This document shows, piece after piece, positions 36,634-46,867 of a stretch of DNA of 64,000 nucleotides. How positions within the stretch are numbered: position 1 is the first letter of the stretch; the number at the start of each line of letters is the position of its first letter. The notes beneath the pieces are model-generated. The model had not been told where the DNA came from. It did not search any database and saw nothing but the letters and a program-made list of their open reading frames with translations. The translations under genes and the position numbers were made by a program. Source of the DNA: Myxococcota bacterium (GTDB taxonomy: Bacteria > Myxococcota_A > UBA9160 > UBA6930); contig OZ245002.1 in the NCBI GenBank assembly GCA_965223415.1, positions 2,176,001 to 2,240,000 of the forward strand, written 5' to 3'.

Positions 36634-37722
36634 ATGCCGAAGATCCGGATCGCGATCGTGGGCGTCGGGAATTGCGCCAGCTCGCTGGTGCAGGGAATCC
36701 ACTACTACGCGGGGAAGCAGCGCGAAGACGCGGTCGGCCTGATGCACTGGGAGATCGGGGGCTTCCGCCCCTCGGATCTCGAGGTGGTGGCGGCCTTCGA
36801 CGTCGACCGGCGCAAGGTCGGCCTCGACGTCAGCGAGGCGATCTTCGCCCCGCCGAACTGCACCCAGGCCTTCGCGCCCGAGGTGGCGAAGGTAGGCGTG
36901 CAGGTGCGGATGGGCCGGGTCCTGGACGGCGTGTCCGCCCACATGGCCGAGCAGCCGGAGGCGCGGACCTTCCAGGTGGCCGACGCTCTCGAGGCCGATC
37001 GGGCCGAGGTGGTGCGGGTGCTCCGCGAAGCGCGGGCCGAAGTGGTGGTGAACTATCTGCCCGTCGGTTCCGAGCTGGCGGCGCGCTTCTATGCGGAGTG
37101 CGCACTCGAGGCCGGTGCCGGGCTCGTGAACTGTATCCCGGTCTTCATCGCGAGCGACCCGGCCTGGGCCGAGCGCTTCGCCGAGCGCGGCCTCCCGATC
37201 GTCGGAGACGACATCAAGGCCCAGCTCGGTGCGACGATCACCCACCGCATGCTCACCGAGCTCTTCGCCCTCCGCGGCGTGAAGCTCGAGCGCACCTATC
37301 AGCTCAACACCGGCGGCAACACCGACTTCCTGAACATGCTGAACCGCAGCCGCCTTGCCTCCAAGAAGGAGTCGAAGACCGAGGCCGTTCAGTCCGTCGC
37401 CGCCGAGCGCCTCGACGACGAGAGCATCCACGTCGGCCCTAGCGACTACGTCGCCTGGCAGAACGACAACAAGATCTGCTTCCTGCGCATGGAAGGCAAG
37501 CTCTTCGGCGACGTCCCGATGAACCTGGAGTTGCGCCTCTCCGTCGAGGACTCGCCGAACAGCGCCGGCGTCGCCATCGACGCCATCCGTTGCTGCAAGC
37601 TCGCCAAGGACCGGGGGCAGGGCGGCATCCTCGAAGCCGCGAGCGCCGCGTTCATGAAGCATCCGCCGCGCCAGCTTCCCGACGAGGAGGCGCACCGGCG
37701 GCTCGAGGACTTCGTCCGCTAG
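36634..37722 (+). CDS. ino1: myo-inositol-1(3)-phosphate synthase
   Basis: IVGVGNCASSLVQG, NYLPVGS, GDDIKAQLGAT, YQLNTGGNTDFLNM, SKKESKT, DSPNSAG. Confidence 0.95.
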   Translation: MPKIRIAIVGVGNCASSLVQGIHYYAGKQREDAVGLMHWEIGGFRPSDLEVVAAFDVDRRKVGLDVSEAIFAPPNCTQAFAPEVAKVGVQVRMGRVLDGVSAHMAEQPEARTFQVADALEADRAEVVRVLREARAEVVVNYLPVGSELAARFYAECALEAGAGLVNCIPVFIASDPAWAERFAERGLPIVGDDIKAQLGATITHRMLTELFALRGVKLERTYQLNTGGNTDFLNMLNRSRLASKKESKTEAVQSVAAERLDDESIHVGPSDYVAWQNDNKICFLRMEGKLFGDVPMNLELRLSVEDSPNSAGVAIDAIRCCKLAKDRGQGGILEAASAAFMKHPPRQLPDEEAHRRLEDFVR

Positions 37723-37775
37723 GCGGCTACCGGCGAGTGCTAGGCTGGGATTCCATCGCTCGGAGGTCGTCGGCG

Positions 37776-37916
37776 ATGCTGCGATGGATCCCGGTGCTCG
37801 CAATCCTCCTGGGCACCGCCGACCGCGTCGGGTCGTCACGCGCATGGTGGTCGACGACCACATCGCCGCCGACTCTTCCTACGTCGCCTTTCTCGCGCTC
37901 TCGAAGCCGGTGCTGA
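37776..37916 (+). other. Small ORF or internally deleted gene remnant with signal-peptide-like start
   Basis: TAGGCT (37741), GGAGG RBS, ATG 37776: MLRWIPVLAILLGTA...; 46 aa. Confidence 0.35.
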
Positions 37917-37923
37917 CCGCGCC

Positions 37924-40900
37924 TCACCGCAGCTGGTCGAGCATCCAATGGGCGCGGGGGAAGAGGGCCTCGGCGCGGGTGTCCGGGGCCCGCGCCCGGA
38001 CGCGCTGGTCCGGGAGGACTTCGAGCTCGGGCTCCCCGTCGCCATCGCCGGTCATCCATTCGACGAGACGCGCCGGGTCGACCTGGCTGGTCTCGGCGGC
38101 CGTCAGGACGAGGGCGCCGCGCTCCAGCTCGATCTTCAGGACGCCGAGCTCGCGGGCGCGCACCTTGAGCTCGATCACCTGGATCAAGTGCCGGGCCTCT
38201 TCGGGAAGCGGGCCGAAGCGGTCGAGCAGCTCCTCGCGCAGGCGCCGCGCCTCCTCGAGGTCCGGCGCTGCGGCGAGCCGCTTGTACAGGACGAGACGCT
38301 GGCTCACGTCGGCGACGTAGTCTTCGGGCAGCCGCGCTGCGACCGGCAGGCGGATCTCCGGATCGATCGCCACCGGCCGGCCGCTGCCCCGGAGCTCGGC
38401 GATCGATTCCTCGAGGAGCTCCATGTAGGTCTCGTAGCCCACCGCGCCCAGGTTCCCGGACTGCTCGCCGCCCAGCAGGTTGCCCGCGCCGCGGATCTCC
38501 AGGTCCATGTTCGCCAGCCGGAAGCCGCTGCCGAGCTCGGCGAGGTCCTGGATCGCCTCGAGCCTCCGCGTGGCGTCCGGCGTGAGCGCTGCCTCGCCCG
38601 GGATCAGCAGGTAGGCGTAGGCGCGCTGCCGGCTGCGGCCGACCCGGCCCCGGAGCTGGTAGAGCTGGGCCAGGCCGAGGGCGTCGGCCCGGTCGACCAG
38701 GAGGGTGTTCGCACGGGGGATGTCGAGGCCGCTCTCGATGATCGTCGTACACAGGAGCACGTCGAACTCGCCGCGCATGAAGGCGAGCATGCGGTCCTCG
38801 AGCTCGCGCTCCGGCATCTGGCCGTGGGCCGTCAGCAGCTTCACTTCCGGGACGATGCGTTCCAGGAACTCCGCCAGGGCTCCGATCGTCCGCACCCGGT
38901 TGTGCACGAAGAACACCTGCCCGCCTCGCCGCACCTCGCGAAGGATCGCCTCGCGAATCAGGGACTCCTCGAAGCGGCACACCTGGGTGCGGATGGCGAG
39001 ACGGTCTGCCGGCGGCGTCTGGATCACCGAGAGGTCCCGCAGGCCGCTGAAGGCCATCTGCAGGGTGCGGGGAATCGGCGTAGCGGTGAGCGTCAGCACG
39101 TCCACCGTCTGCTTGAGCTGCTTGATGCGCTCCTTGTGGGCGACGCCGAAGCGGTGCTCCTCGTCCACCACCAGGAGCCCGAGGTCCCGGAACGACACGC
39201 TCTTCTGCAGAAGCCGGTGCGTTCCGATCACGATGTCGACGTGGCCGGTGGCGAGACCCTCGAGCACCGCCTTGGCTTCTCTGGCGCCGCGGAAGCGCGA
39301 GAGGCTCTCTACCCGGGCGCCGGTGCCCTTGAAGCGTTCTTCGAAGGTCTCGGCATGCTGCTGACACAGTACGGTGGTGGGGACGAGCACCGCGACCTGC
39401 TTGCCGGCCATCACCGCCTGGAAGGCGGCGCGACAGGCGACCTCGGTCTTTCCGTAGCCGACGTCGCCGCACACCAGGCGATCCATCGGGCGGTTGCGGG
39501 AGAGATCGGTGAGCACGTCCTCGATCGCCGCCGCCTGATCCGGCGTCTCCTCGTAGGGGAAGGCCGCCTCGAACTCCTCGAGGGCGCGATCGCGTCCGGG
39601 GAAGGCGACACCGGTGGCGAGCTCGCGAGCCGCGTGCACGTCGAGGAGCTCCTTCGCCATGTCGCGCATGGAGCGCTTGACGGCGCGCTTCGTCTTCTCC
39701 CAGGTGGTTCCGCCGAGTTTGTCGACCTTCGGCGCCGCGCTCTCGGCGCCGACGTAGCGCTGCACCAGGTTGAGCCGGTGCACGGGCACGAAGAGCCGGT
39801 CGCCGTCCTCGTACTCGATGCGCAGGAACTCGTCGGAGAAGCGCCCGAGCTCGAGCATGACCAGGCCGCGGTAGATGCCGATGCCGTGCTCTGCGTGGAC
39901 CAGGAAATCGCCCGCGGCAAGCTGGCCGAGCGCCTCCACGGCGGCGCCTTCCCGGAAGCTCCCGGCGCGGCGACGCTTCTCTCGCGGCCCGAAGACCTCT
40001 TCCTCGGTGGCCAGGGCGATCCCTTCGTCGCGCAGCACGAAGCCCTCGCCGGCGGCGCCGACCCGCACCTCCACGCGCCCGGGCGCCGACCACTCCCAGA
40101 GCGGCACCGGCTCGCGCACCAGCTCTGCCGCGACCCCGTACTCGCCCAGCAGGGTGTGCAGGCGGTCGGCGCCGGAGAGCGCCGCGGCCGAGAGCACCAC
40201 CCGCAGGCCTTCCCCGCACCAGCGCTCCAGCGCCTGCACCAGGGGCTCCAGCGCACCGCCCGTCGCCGCCTCGTTGCGCCGGGTGCGCAGCACCGCGGAA
40301 AGCTCTTCCTGGGATTCCGAGCGAACGGTCAGCGCGCCGTCTCCCGCCGCCACCTCCAGGCGCTCGAGCTCCACGGGCGCGCGTCGCGCCACCTCGGCCT
40401 GTACGGCGTCCGCGCCGAGGGCGAGCTCGTCCGGTGCGCACACGACCCGCTCGCCGTTCTGGGCGCCGTTCCAGTTGTCGAGGCGCTCGGCGTCGGTGCG
40501 GAGCAGGGCGTCGCGGCCGGCGGCGGGCTCGTCGATCACGACCAGGGTGTCGTCGGGAAGCGCGTCGAAGACGGTCTCGGTGGCCGGCTGCAGGAGCGGC
40601 GCCATCGCTTCCGCGCCGGGGGGCAGGCTGCCGCGCAGCAGGGTGTCGAGCAGCTCGTCGAGCTTGCGAGGCTCCACGCCCTGGCGCGCGCCGAGCTCGC
40701 GGATCGCGTCGCTGCGGCTCACGAAGAGCTCGCGGTCGCCGAGGATCTCCCGGGCCGGCGCGGCAACCACCCGCTGGAGCCGCTGCTGGGAGCGCTGGCT
40801 CGCGGGATCGAACTCGCGCAGGGATTCGACCTCGTCCCCGAGCAGCTCGATGCGCACCGGTCGGGTGCGCTGGGGCGGGAACAGGTCCACCAGGCCGCCG

Positions 40901-41439
40901 CGCACCGCCACCTCGCCGCGCTCCTCCACGACGGGCTGGCGCGTGTAGCCCGCAGCGACGAGGGTTGCGACCAGCTCGTCCCGATCGATCCAGGTGCCCA
41001 CGTCCAGCCGCACCGAGCGCGCGCGCACGACCTCTCGCGCCGGCACCCGACCCGCCAGCGCCGACCAGGGCGCGACGATCACCGGCGCTGGCTCGTCGGC
41101 GGGCGGATCGGCGAGGCGGAAGAGCACATCCAGCCGCTGGGCCACCACGAAGGGCTGGGGCGAAAAGCGGTCGTAGGGCGGCGTGTCCGGATGCGGGAAG
41201 CTGCGCACCCGCCCGCCTTCTTCGGCCGGCGGCTCGCCGAGGGCTGCCGCCAGGTCCTGGGCGGCGCGATCGGTCTCCTTGGCGCCCGCGGTGAGCACGA
41301 GCACGGTGCGATCGCCGGCCGCCTGCACCAACCGGGCGAGGACCGCCACCCGGGCGCCGCCCCGCAGGCCCATCAGCCGGCGCGGGCCCAAGCCGCCCGC
41401 CAGCCGCACGGCCAGCTGCTCGAGATCCCCTCTCGCCAC
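37924..41439 (-). CDS. mfd: Transcription-repair coupling factor
   Basis: VHAEHGIGIY (CarD/RID), FPYEETPDQ, MDRLVCGDVGYGKTEVA, DEEHRFG, TATPIPRT, QLRGRVGRS, DLEIRGAGNLLG. Start inferred. Confidence 0.97.
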   Translation of the reverse strand: MARGDLEQLAVRLAGGLGPRRLMGLRGGARVAVLARLVQAAGDRTVLVLTAGAKETDRAAQDLAAALGEPPAEEGGRVRSFPHPDTPPYDRFSPQPFVVAQRLDVLFRLADPPADEPAPVIVAPWSALAGRVPAREVVRARSVRLDVGTWIDRDELVATLVAAGYTRQPVVEERGEVAVRGGLVDLFPPQRTRPVRIELLGDEVESLREFDPASQRSQQRLQRVVAAPAREILGDRELFVSRSDAIRELGARQGVEPRKLDELLDTLLRGSLPPGAEAMAPLLQPATETVFDALPDDTLVVIDEPAAGRDALLRTDAERLDNWNGAQNGERVVCAPDELALGADAVQAEVARRAPVELERLEVAAGDGALTVRSESQEELSAVLRTRRNEAATGGALEPLVQALERWCGEGLRVVLSAAALSGADRLHTLLGEYGVAAELVREPVPLWEWSAPGRVEVRVGAAGEGFVLRDEGIALATEEEVFGPREKRRRAGSFREGAAVEALGQLAAGDFLVHAEHGIGIYRGLVMLELGRFSDEFLRIEYEDGDRLFVPVHRLNLVQRYVGAESAAPKVDKLGGTTWEKTKRAVKRSMRDMAKELLDVHAARELATGVAFPGRDRALEEFEAAFPYEETPDQAAAIEDVLTDLSRNRPMDRLVCGDVGYGKTEVACRAAFQAVMAGKQVAVLVPTTVLCQQHAETFEERFKGTGARVESLSRFRGAREAKAVLEGLATGHVDIVIGTHRLLQKSVSFRDLGLLVVDEEHRFGVAHKERIKQLKQTVDVLTLTATPIPRTLQMAFSGLRDLSVIQTPPADRLAIRTQVCRFEESLIREAILREVRRGGQVFFVHNRVRTIGALAEFLERIVPEVKLLTAHGQMPERELEDRMLAFMRGEFDVLLCTTIIESGLDIPRANTLLVDRADALGLAQLYQLRGRVGRSRQRAYAYLLIPGEAALTPDATRRLEAIQDLAELGSGFRLANMDLEIRGAGNLLGGEQSGNLGAVGYETYMELLEESIAELRGSGRPVAIDPEIRLPVAARLPEDYVADVSQRLVLYKRLAAAPDLEEARRLREELLDRFGPLPEEARHLIQVIELKVRARELGVLKIELERGALVLTAAETSQVDPARLVEWMTGDGDGEPELEVLPDQRVRARAPDTRAEALFPRAHWMLDQLR

Positions 41440-41537
41440 GCTCGCGTCGTCCTCCCGGTGATCGGCCGCCGAATGCACGACGCCCGCTCCCCGCGCGAGG
41501 CGGGGGCGGGTAGCCCTGCGACGTTGGCGCGGGGAGC

Positions 41538-42671
41538 TTAGCGGGCGAGCCCGGCGGCCAGCTCCAGTGTGGCGGCGGCGGCCCGGGCAGGATCGTGCCG
41601 GCTCTCGAGCGCAGCGCGGGCGCCGGCACCGAGGCGAGCGCAGCGCTCCGGATCGGTCCACAGGTCGCGGAGTGCCGCCGCCAGGTCGAGGCCGTCGGCG
41701 CCTGCGGGCAGGAGCCAGGCCGCGGTGCCGTGGCGCAGCGTGTCCGCGACGCCTTCGACGGCGACGATCGGCCGCGCCGCCTCCATGGCCTGGAGCAGCT
41801 TGATCGGGAAGCCGCCCCGTGCGCGGCGCGGCACCACCACCAGCCGCGCCGCGAAGACCAGTCGCCGCAGCACCTCCGGGCTCGTCGTCTCGACGACGCG
41901 CAGGTGTCGCAGCGAGGGGCCCCGTCCGTCGTGGGCGACGGCCACGACGGGGCCGGCCGTGAAGCGTTCGGCCGCGGCGTCGAGGAGCGGGAGGTTCTGG
42001 TACCCGTCCAGGTTGCCGGGATACAGCACGAAGCCCTCGCGCTCGAGGCCGAGGGAGGCGCAGGCGGAGCGGATCTCCGCCTCCGTCGGCGCTGCCGCGA
42101 TCTCGCAGCCCGGTGGAACGTGCAACACCGGGCCCCGGGCGAACGGCGCGAGCCGTGCCTGCGCCTCGCCGCTGAGCGTGACGACGGCGTCGGCCCGGGC
42201 AGCGAGGCTCCGGTCGATGCGGCGCCCGAGGGCGCGCGGCCCGGCTCCCGCGCTCCGTGACAGGTAGCTCCCCAGCTCTTCCTCCCAGAGCGTGTGCGCC
42301 ACGTACACCACCGGGCGCTCCAGCCAACGGCGCACGGAGAGCGCGGCCCCGGCGGCCTCGGCGTTGTGGGCGAGCAGCGCGTCGAAGGGCTCGGCGCGAT
42401 GGGTCCCCAACAGCCGGGCGGCCAGGGCGGCATCGGCGACGAGCTTCCCCGCGTGAAACCCCGAGCGCAGGCCGCGCGGCGAGAGCCGGGCGGGCACCCG
42501 AACGATCGGCAGGTCCGGAGGGCGCCGTCCGTCCCCGGCGCCGTAGGCCACGACGCGGACGAGGGCGCCCGCCTCCTGGAGCCCTCGTGCCTGCTGCAGG
42601 ACGAAGCGCTGGGAGCCCTGGGCCGACGGGAAGGGCGCCGCCAGCACGAGTGCGAGCCGGGCTGCGCTCAG
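41538..42671 (-). CDS. Glycosyltransferase family 4
   Basis: APFPSAQGSQ, AHNAEA, YVAHTL, YPGNLDGYQN, GFPIKLLQAMEAARPIV; apparent CTG start overlapping the GT2 stop. Confidence 0.85.
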   Translation of the reverse strand: MSAARLALVLAAPFPSAQGSQRFVLQQARGLQEAGALVRVVAYGAGDGRRPPDLPIVRVPARLSPRGLRSGFHAGKLVADAALAARLLGTHRAEPFDALLAHNAEAAGAALSVRRWLERPVVYVAHTLWEEELGSYLSRSAGAGPRALGRRIDRSLAARADAVVTLSGEAQARLAPFARGPVLHVPPGCEIAAAPTEAEIRSACASLGLEREGFVLYPGNLDGYQNLPLLDAAAERFTAGPVVAVAHDGRGPSLRHLRVVETTSPEVLRRLVFAARLVVVPRRARGGFPIKLLQAMEAARPIVAVEGVADTLRHGTAAWLLPAGADGLDLAAALRDLWTDPERCARLGAGARAALESRHDPARAAAATLELAAGLAR

Positions 42672-43405
42672 GGCTCGGTCCGCGCCCGCGCCCGCGGTGC
42701 CGCGTCGGCGCGCAGCTCGCGGAACAGGGTCGCCAGCTCCACCGCCGCCCGCCACAGCACGCGCGGACGGGCGCCGGACTGCCGCCCGTGCCGGCGCGGC
42801 CGATGGGTTACCGGCACCTGATGGATGCGGAAGCCGGCGTGGCGCGCGCGCACGAGGATTTCGGTGTTCACGAAGGCGCCGATCGAGGCGATCGGAATGG
42901 CGTCGATCACCTCGCGACGGAAGAGCTTGAAGGCGCAATCGATGTCGCGCACCGGCAGCGCGAAGAGCGCGCGCACCAGCAGGCCCCATCCCCAGGCGAG
43001 CACGCGGCGCCCCCAGGGATCGCGCCGGGGCGCGCGCACGCCGGCGACGATGTCGAACTCGTCCCGGTGGTCGAGCAGGCGGTGGAGCTCGCGGAGCTCG
43101 AACTGGAGATCGGCGTCGCTGAAGAACACCCAGCGTCCGCGCGCGGCGCGCAGTCCGGAACGCAGCGCGGCGCCGTAGCCCCGATTCGACGGATGGGTGA
43201 CGAGGCGGATCTCCGGATGCTCCTCCTCCATCGAGAGGACGAGGCGCCGGCTCGCGTCGCTGCTGCCGTCGTCGACCACGACGATCTCGAAGCCGCCCGG
43301 CAGCTCGTGTCCGAGTGCGAGCGCCGAGCGCAGGAGCGTCTCGACGTTCTCCTGCTCGTTCCACACCGGGAACACCAGGGAGAGCTCGGGCACCGGCCGC
43401 GCCAT
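42668..43405 (-). CDS. Glycosyltransferase family 2 (polyprenol-phosphate glycosyltransferase-like)
   Basis: LSLVFPVWNE, VVDDGSSD, NRGYGAALRSG, FSDADLQF, DIDCAFKLFRR. Confidence 0.92.
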   Translation of the reverse strand: MARPVPELSLVFPVWNEQENVETLLRSALALGHELPGGFEIVVVDDGSSDASRRLVLSMEEEHPEIRLVTHPSNRGYGAALRSGLRAARGRWVFFSDADLQFELRELHRLLDHRDEFDIVAGVRAPRRDPWGRRVLAWGWGLLVRALFALPVRDIDCAFKLFRREVIDAIPIASIGAFVNTEILVRARHAGFRIHQVPVTHRPRRHGRQSGARPRVLWRAAVELATLFRELRADAAPRARARTEP

Positions 43406-43428
43406 GTTCCCAGCCTACCCCCGCGCCT

Positions 43429-45063
43429 TCAATCCAGGTAGCCGAGCTTGCGGAGCCGCGCGGCGACGATGGCGTCCTCCTCGTCGCTGTAGGCGCGGGG
43501 CTCCCGATCCGCGGGCGCACCCGTGGCGTCCGCGTCGAGGCCGAGAGCACGCAGCAGCGCCCCGGCCACCTCGGGCATGGCGGCGGGAACGCCCAGCCGG
43601 GGCGGTGCGATCCAGAGGCCGTCCGGATGATGGATGCCGTTCATCCCGCGCCCTCGCCCCCCGGCGAGCTCGTGGTCCTCGAGGCGCCGCAGCGCCGGCG
43701 AGCCGTCACGCCACGGTGTCGGCACGAGGGAGAGGCCGTAGCCGCGATCCGAGCCCAGCTCGACCACGACGTCCGGGGCGCGCTCCACGAACGGGCCGCG
43801 GTACACCTCTTCGCGGGGACGCGCGCGGGCCACCACCGGCTCGCCGCTCGGGAGCTTCCAGTCGAGGAGCGCGTCGATCACGTCCCGCCGCGCGCGCTCC
43901 GCGTCGGCGGCGGCGACGGAGCCGGCCTGCTCGCGGCCGCGCAGGTTGAGCCACACTCCGGGCTGGGTGTTTGCCTCTTCGGAGAAGGCCGCCGTCCGCG
44001 CCCAGTCGAAGCCGCCGAAGCGCGCTGCGCTCTCGAGGCGGGCCGCCGCGGGGCGCGCCCGGCGGAAGATCGCCTGGGCCGCGCGCGGCGGCAGCAGACG
44101 GAGTGCGACGTCCCGCGCACCGCGGGCGAGCCGCTCGATCCCCGCGCCGCCGGGCGAGCGGGCGAGCAGGCCGCAGCTCTCCAGGTGGCGGTTCAGGTGC
44201 ACGACACGCCGAGCGGCGCCGCGGGCTCCGTGATCCGACACGACGGCCACCACCGCGTCGCACCCCACGGCCTGGTGGAGCTCGGCGCAGGCCGCGTCGA
44301 GGGCCTCGTACACCGCGGCGACCGCGCCGCGTCGCTCGGCGCCAGCCCCCGGATCGTGACGCGGCGAGGCCTCGTCGTGGTCCCGCCAGTAGTGGTGGGC
44401 GACGGTGTCGCTCTCGGAGAACACTACGTTGACCAGCCGCGGCGGCTCTCCCTGCGCCCGCAGCTGGCGCAGCGCCTCCAGGGCGAAATCGGTCTTGCGG
44501 CGCACCCGGTCCAGCAGCACCTCGACGGCCCGCTCGTGCCAGGCGCCCTCGTCCGGCTCGGCTCCTTCGTCGAGGTCGGGGCGCATCCAGGGGCCGACCC
44601 GTGCGGCGACGGCGCGGTAGAGCCCGGGGTCGCTGGCCGACGTGCCGTCGCTACCGGTCGAGACCGGCGCGTCGAAGCCGCAGACGAGCAGCCCCTTCAC
44701 GGGCTCCGGCGGGAAGGTGGCCGGCATGCCCAGGGCGAGCACCGCATCGTCCGCGTCGCTCACCCGGCGGTAGAGGCTCGTGCCGTGCCGGTGTGTCGCG
44801 TTCGTGAAACGCAGCTGGTAGCGGCCCGGGAGCTTCTGGGTGAAGTCGAACATCCCGTGCTCGCCCGGCGTGAGCCCGGTGAGGAAGCTGCTCCAGGACG
44901 GGAACGTCATCGGCGGCACGGTGCTGGGGAGCGGCGCGGCCGTGCCCTCGTCCATCCAGCGGGCCAGGTGCGGCAGGCGGCCCTCCGCGACGAGAGGCCG
45001 GACGACGTCGAGGGTGGCCCCGTCGAGGCCGAGCACCAGGACCGGGCGGGGGGCTTCGCTCAT
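43429..45063 (-). CDS. Alkaline phosphatase superfamily (type I phosphodiesterase/nucleotide pyrophosphatase)
   Basis: VLGLDGAT, STVPPMTFPSW, TGLTPGEHG, DTVAHHYW, VSDHG, GIHHPDG, RLRKLGYL tail. Confidence 0.88.
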   Translation of the reverse strand: MSEAPRPVLVLGLDGATLDVVRPLVAEGRLPHLARWMDEGTAAPLPSTVPPMTFPSWSSFLTGLTPGEHGMFDFTQKLPGRYQLRFTNATHRHGTSLYRRVSDADDAVLALGMPATFPPEPVKGLLVCGFDAPVSTGSDGTSASDPGLYRAVAARVGPWMRPDLDEGAEPDEGAWHERAVEVLLDRVRRKTDFALEALRQLRAQGEPPRLVNVVFSESDTVAHHYWRDHDEASPRHDPGAGAERRGAVAAVYEALDAACAELHQAVGCDAVVAVVSDHGARGAARRVVHLNRHLESCGLLARSPGGAGIERLARGARDVALRLLPPRAAQAIFRRARPAAARLESAARFGGFDWARTAAFSEEANTQPGVWLNLRGREQAGSVAAADAERARRDVIDALLDWKLPSGEPVVARARPREEVYRGPFVERAPDVVVELGSDRGYGLSLVPTPWRDGSPALRRLEDHELAGGRGRGMNGIHHPDGLWIAPPRLGVPAAMPEVAGALLRALGLDADATGAPADREPRAYSDEEDAIVAARLRKLGYLD

Positions 45064-45070
45064 CCGGGGC

Positions 45071-46111
45071 CTACTCGGCTGGCCCGCCGTCGAGACACTC
45101 GATCACGGCGCGGGTGAGCTCGTCGGTGCCGGCGTGCCCACCCAGATCGCCGGTGTGGTTCCCCGGCTCCGCCAGCGCCTGGAAGACGGCTCGCTCGATC
45201 GCCGCGGCGGCGGCGTTCTCCCCGAGGTAGCGCAGCATCATCACCGCCGAGAGGATGACCGCGGTGGGGTTCGCGAGCCGCTTTCCCGCGATGTCCGGCG
45301 CGCTCCCGTGCACCGCCTCGAAGACGGCGCAGTCCTTGCCGATGTTCGCGCCCGGCACGACGCCGAGCCCGCCGACCAGGCCCGCGCACAGATCCGAGAG
45401 GATGTCGCCGTAGAGGTTCTCGAGCAGCAGCACGTCGAAGCGGGTCGGGTCCTTCACGAGCTGCATGGCGCAGTTGTCGATGATGATCTCGCGGTAGGCC
45501 ACGTCCGGGTGGCGCTTCGCCACGCGCCGCGCGCACTCGAGGAAGAGCCCGTCGGACAGCTTCATGATGTTGGCCTTGTGGACCGCGCACACCTCGCGGC
45601 GGCCCTCCCGCTCGGCCAGCTGGAAGGCGTGCTCGGCGATGCGCAGGGACGCGGCCTCGGTCACGACCTTCAGGCTCTCGACGATGCCCGGCGCCACGCG
45701 ATGCTCGAGGCCCGAGTAGAGCCCCTCGGTGTTCTCGCGGACGACCACCAGGTCGACCCCGTCGAAGCGGCTCGGCGCGCCGGGCACGTCCTTCACCGGC
45801 CGCACCGAGGCGAACAGCTCCAGGGATTGGCGCAGCGTGACGTTGGCGCTGCGGAAGCCGCCGCCCACCGGGGTGCCGATCGGGCCCTTGAGGGCCACCC
45901 GGTTGCGGCGGATCGAATCGAGGACCGCGTCCGGGACCGGCGTGCCGTACTTCTGGACGACCTCGGCGCCGGCCTCGACCGGCTCCCAGTCGATTCGGAC
46001 CCCGGCGGCCTCGAGCACCTGGAGGGCCGCTCCCGTGACCTCCGGGCCGATCCCGTCCCCCTGGATCAGGGTCACCTGATGGGCCTTGGCCCCGCTGGCT
46101 GTGGTCGACAC
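45071..46111 (-). CDS. Isocitrate/isopropylmalate dehydrogenase family (NAD-type IDH-like)
   Basis: GDGIGPEV, RENTEGLY, VHKANIMKLSDGLF, NLYGDILSD, FEAVHGSAPDIAG, ANPTA. Confidence 0.9.
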   Translation of the reverse strand: MSTTASGAKAHQVTLIQGDGIGPEVTGAALQVLEAAGVRIDWEPVEAGAEVVQKYGTPVPDAVLDSIRRNRVALKGPIGTPVGGGFRSANVTLRQSLELFASVRPVKDVPGAPSRFDGVDLVVVRENTEGLYSGLEHRVAPGIVESLKVVTEAASLRIAEHAFQLAEREGRREVCAVHKANIMKLSDGLFLECARRVAKRHPDVAYREIIIDNCAMQLVKDPTRFDVLLLENLYGDILSDLCAGLVGGLGVVPGANIGKDCAVFEAVHGSAPDIAGKRLANPTAVILSAVMMLRYLGENAAAAAIERAVFQALAEPGNHTGDLGGHAGTDELTRAVIECLDGGPAE

Positions 46112-46170
46112 GGCCCTGGCTTCCTCCTATGATCCGCCGCTTCCGTCCAGTTCCGCCCAGGAGAGGGAAC

Positions 46171-46812
46171 GTGGCTATCGAGCTTCTGTGCCGCAAGATC
46201 GGCATGACGAGGGTCTTCACTGAGAGCGGGGAGTGCATCCCCGTGACCGTCCTCGAGGCCGGCCCCAATACGGTCGTGCAGAAGAAGACGCCGGAGAGGG
46301 ACGGCTACTCCGCCCTCCAGCTCGGCTTCGGCGAGCGCCGCCGGGTGACCCTGCAGAAGCCGCGCCAGGGTCACTTCGAGAAGGCCGGCGTGGCGCCCCG
46401 GCGCTTCCTGAAGGAGTGCCGCGTCTCCGAGGAGGAGCTGGGGAAGTTCGACGTCGGCGCCGAGATCAAGGCCGACGTCTTCGAGGCCGGCCAGAAGGTG
46501 GACGTGATCGGCACCAGCAAGGGCCGGGGCACCGCCGGCACCGTCAAGCGCCACCACTACAAGATCAAGCGCCGGACCCACGGCACCCACGAGGGCGAGC
46601 GCCGCCCCGGCGCCATCGGCGCCGGCGCCTACCCCGGCAAGGTCATCAAGGGCCAGGGCATGTACGGCCGCATGGGCGCCGAAAGGACCACCACCCGCAA
46701 CGTGGAGGTCGTCCAGGTCGACAGCGACAAGAACCTCCTCCTCGTCCGCGGCGGCGTCCCCGGCCACAACAACGCCCTCGTCCGCCTCCGCCCCGCCACC
46801 GCCCCCAAGTAG
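46171..46812 (+). CDS. rplC: 50S ribosomal protein L3
   Basis: KIGMTRVF...PVTVLEAGP...DGYSALQLG...VDVIGTSKGRG...HGTH...GRMG...LLLVRGGVPG; GTG start with GGAGAGG RBS. Confidence 0.96.
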   Translation: MAIELLCRKIGMTRVFTESGECIPVTVLEAGPNTVVQKKTPERDGYSALQLGFGERRRVTLQKPRQGHFEKAGVAPRRFLKECRVSEEELGKFDVGAEIKADVFEAGQKVDVIGTSKGRGTAGTVKRHHYKIKRRTHGTHEGERRPGAIGAGAYPGKVIKGQGMYGRMGAERTTTRNVEVVQVDSDKNLLLVRGGVPGHNNALVRLRPATAPK

Positions 46813-46815
46813 AAC

Positions 46816-46850
46816 GCTAAGCAAGGGGCCGGCTCCGTTTGTTAAGTTGC
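46816..46850 (+). repeat. Solo arm of the GGGG-core palindrome family
   Basis: GCTAAGCAAGGGGCCGGCTCCGTTTGTTAAGTTGC matches the 62315-62349 arm at 28/35 positions, ungapped. Confidence 0.75.
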
Positions 46851-46867
46851 GGCCCCGCGGGGTCGCC

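Noticed and set aside
41483..41510. GC-rich hairpin between GT4 and mfd
   Set aside because: Bulged stem, no U-tract and no family core; expected by chance at this GC content.
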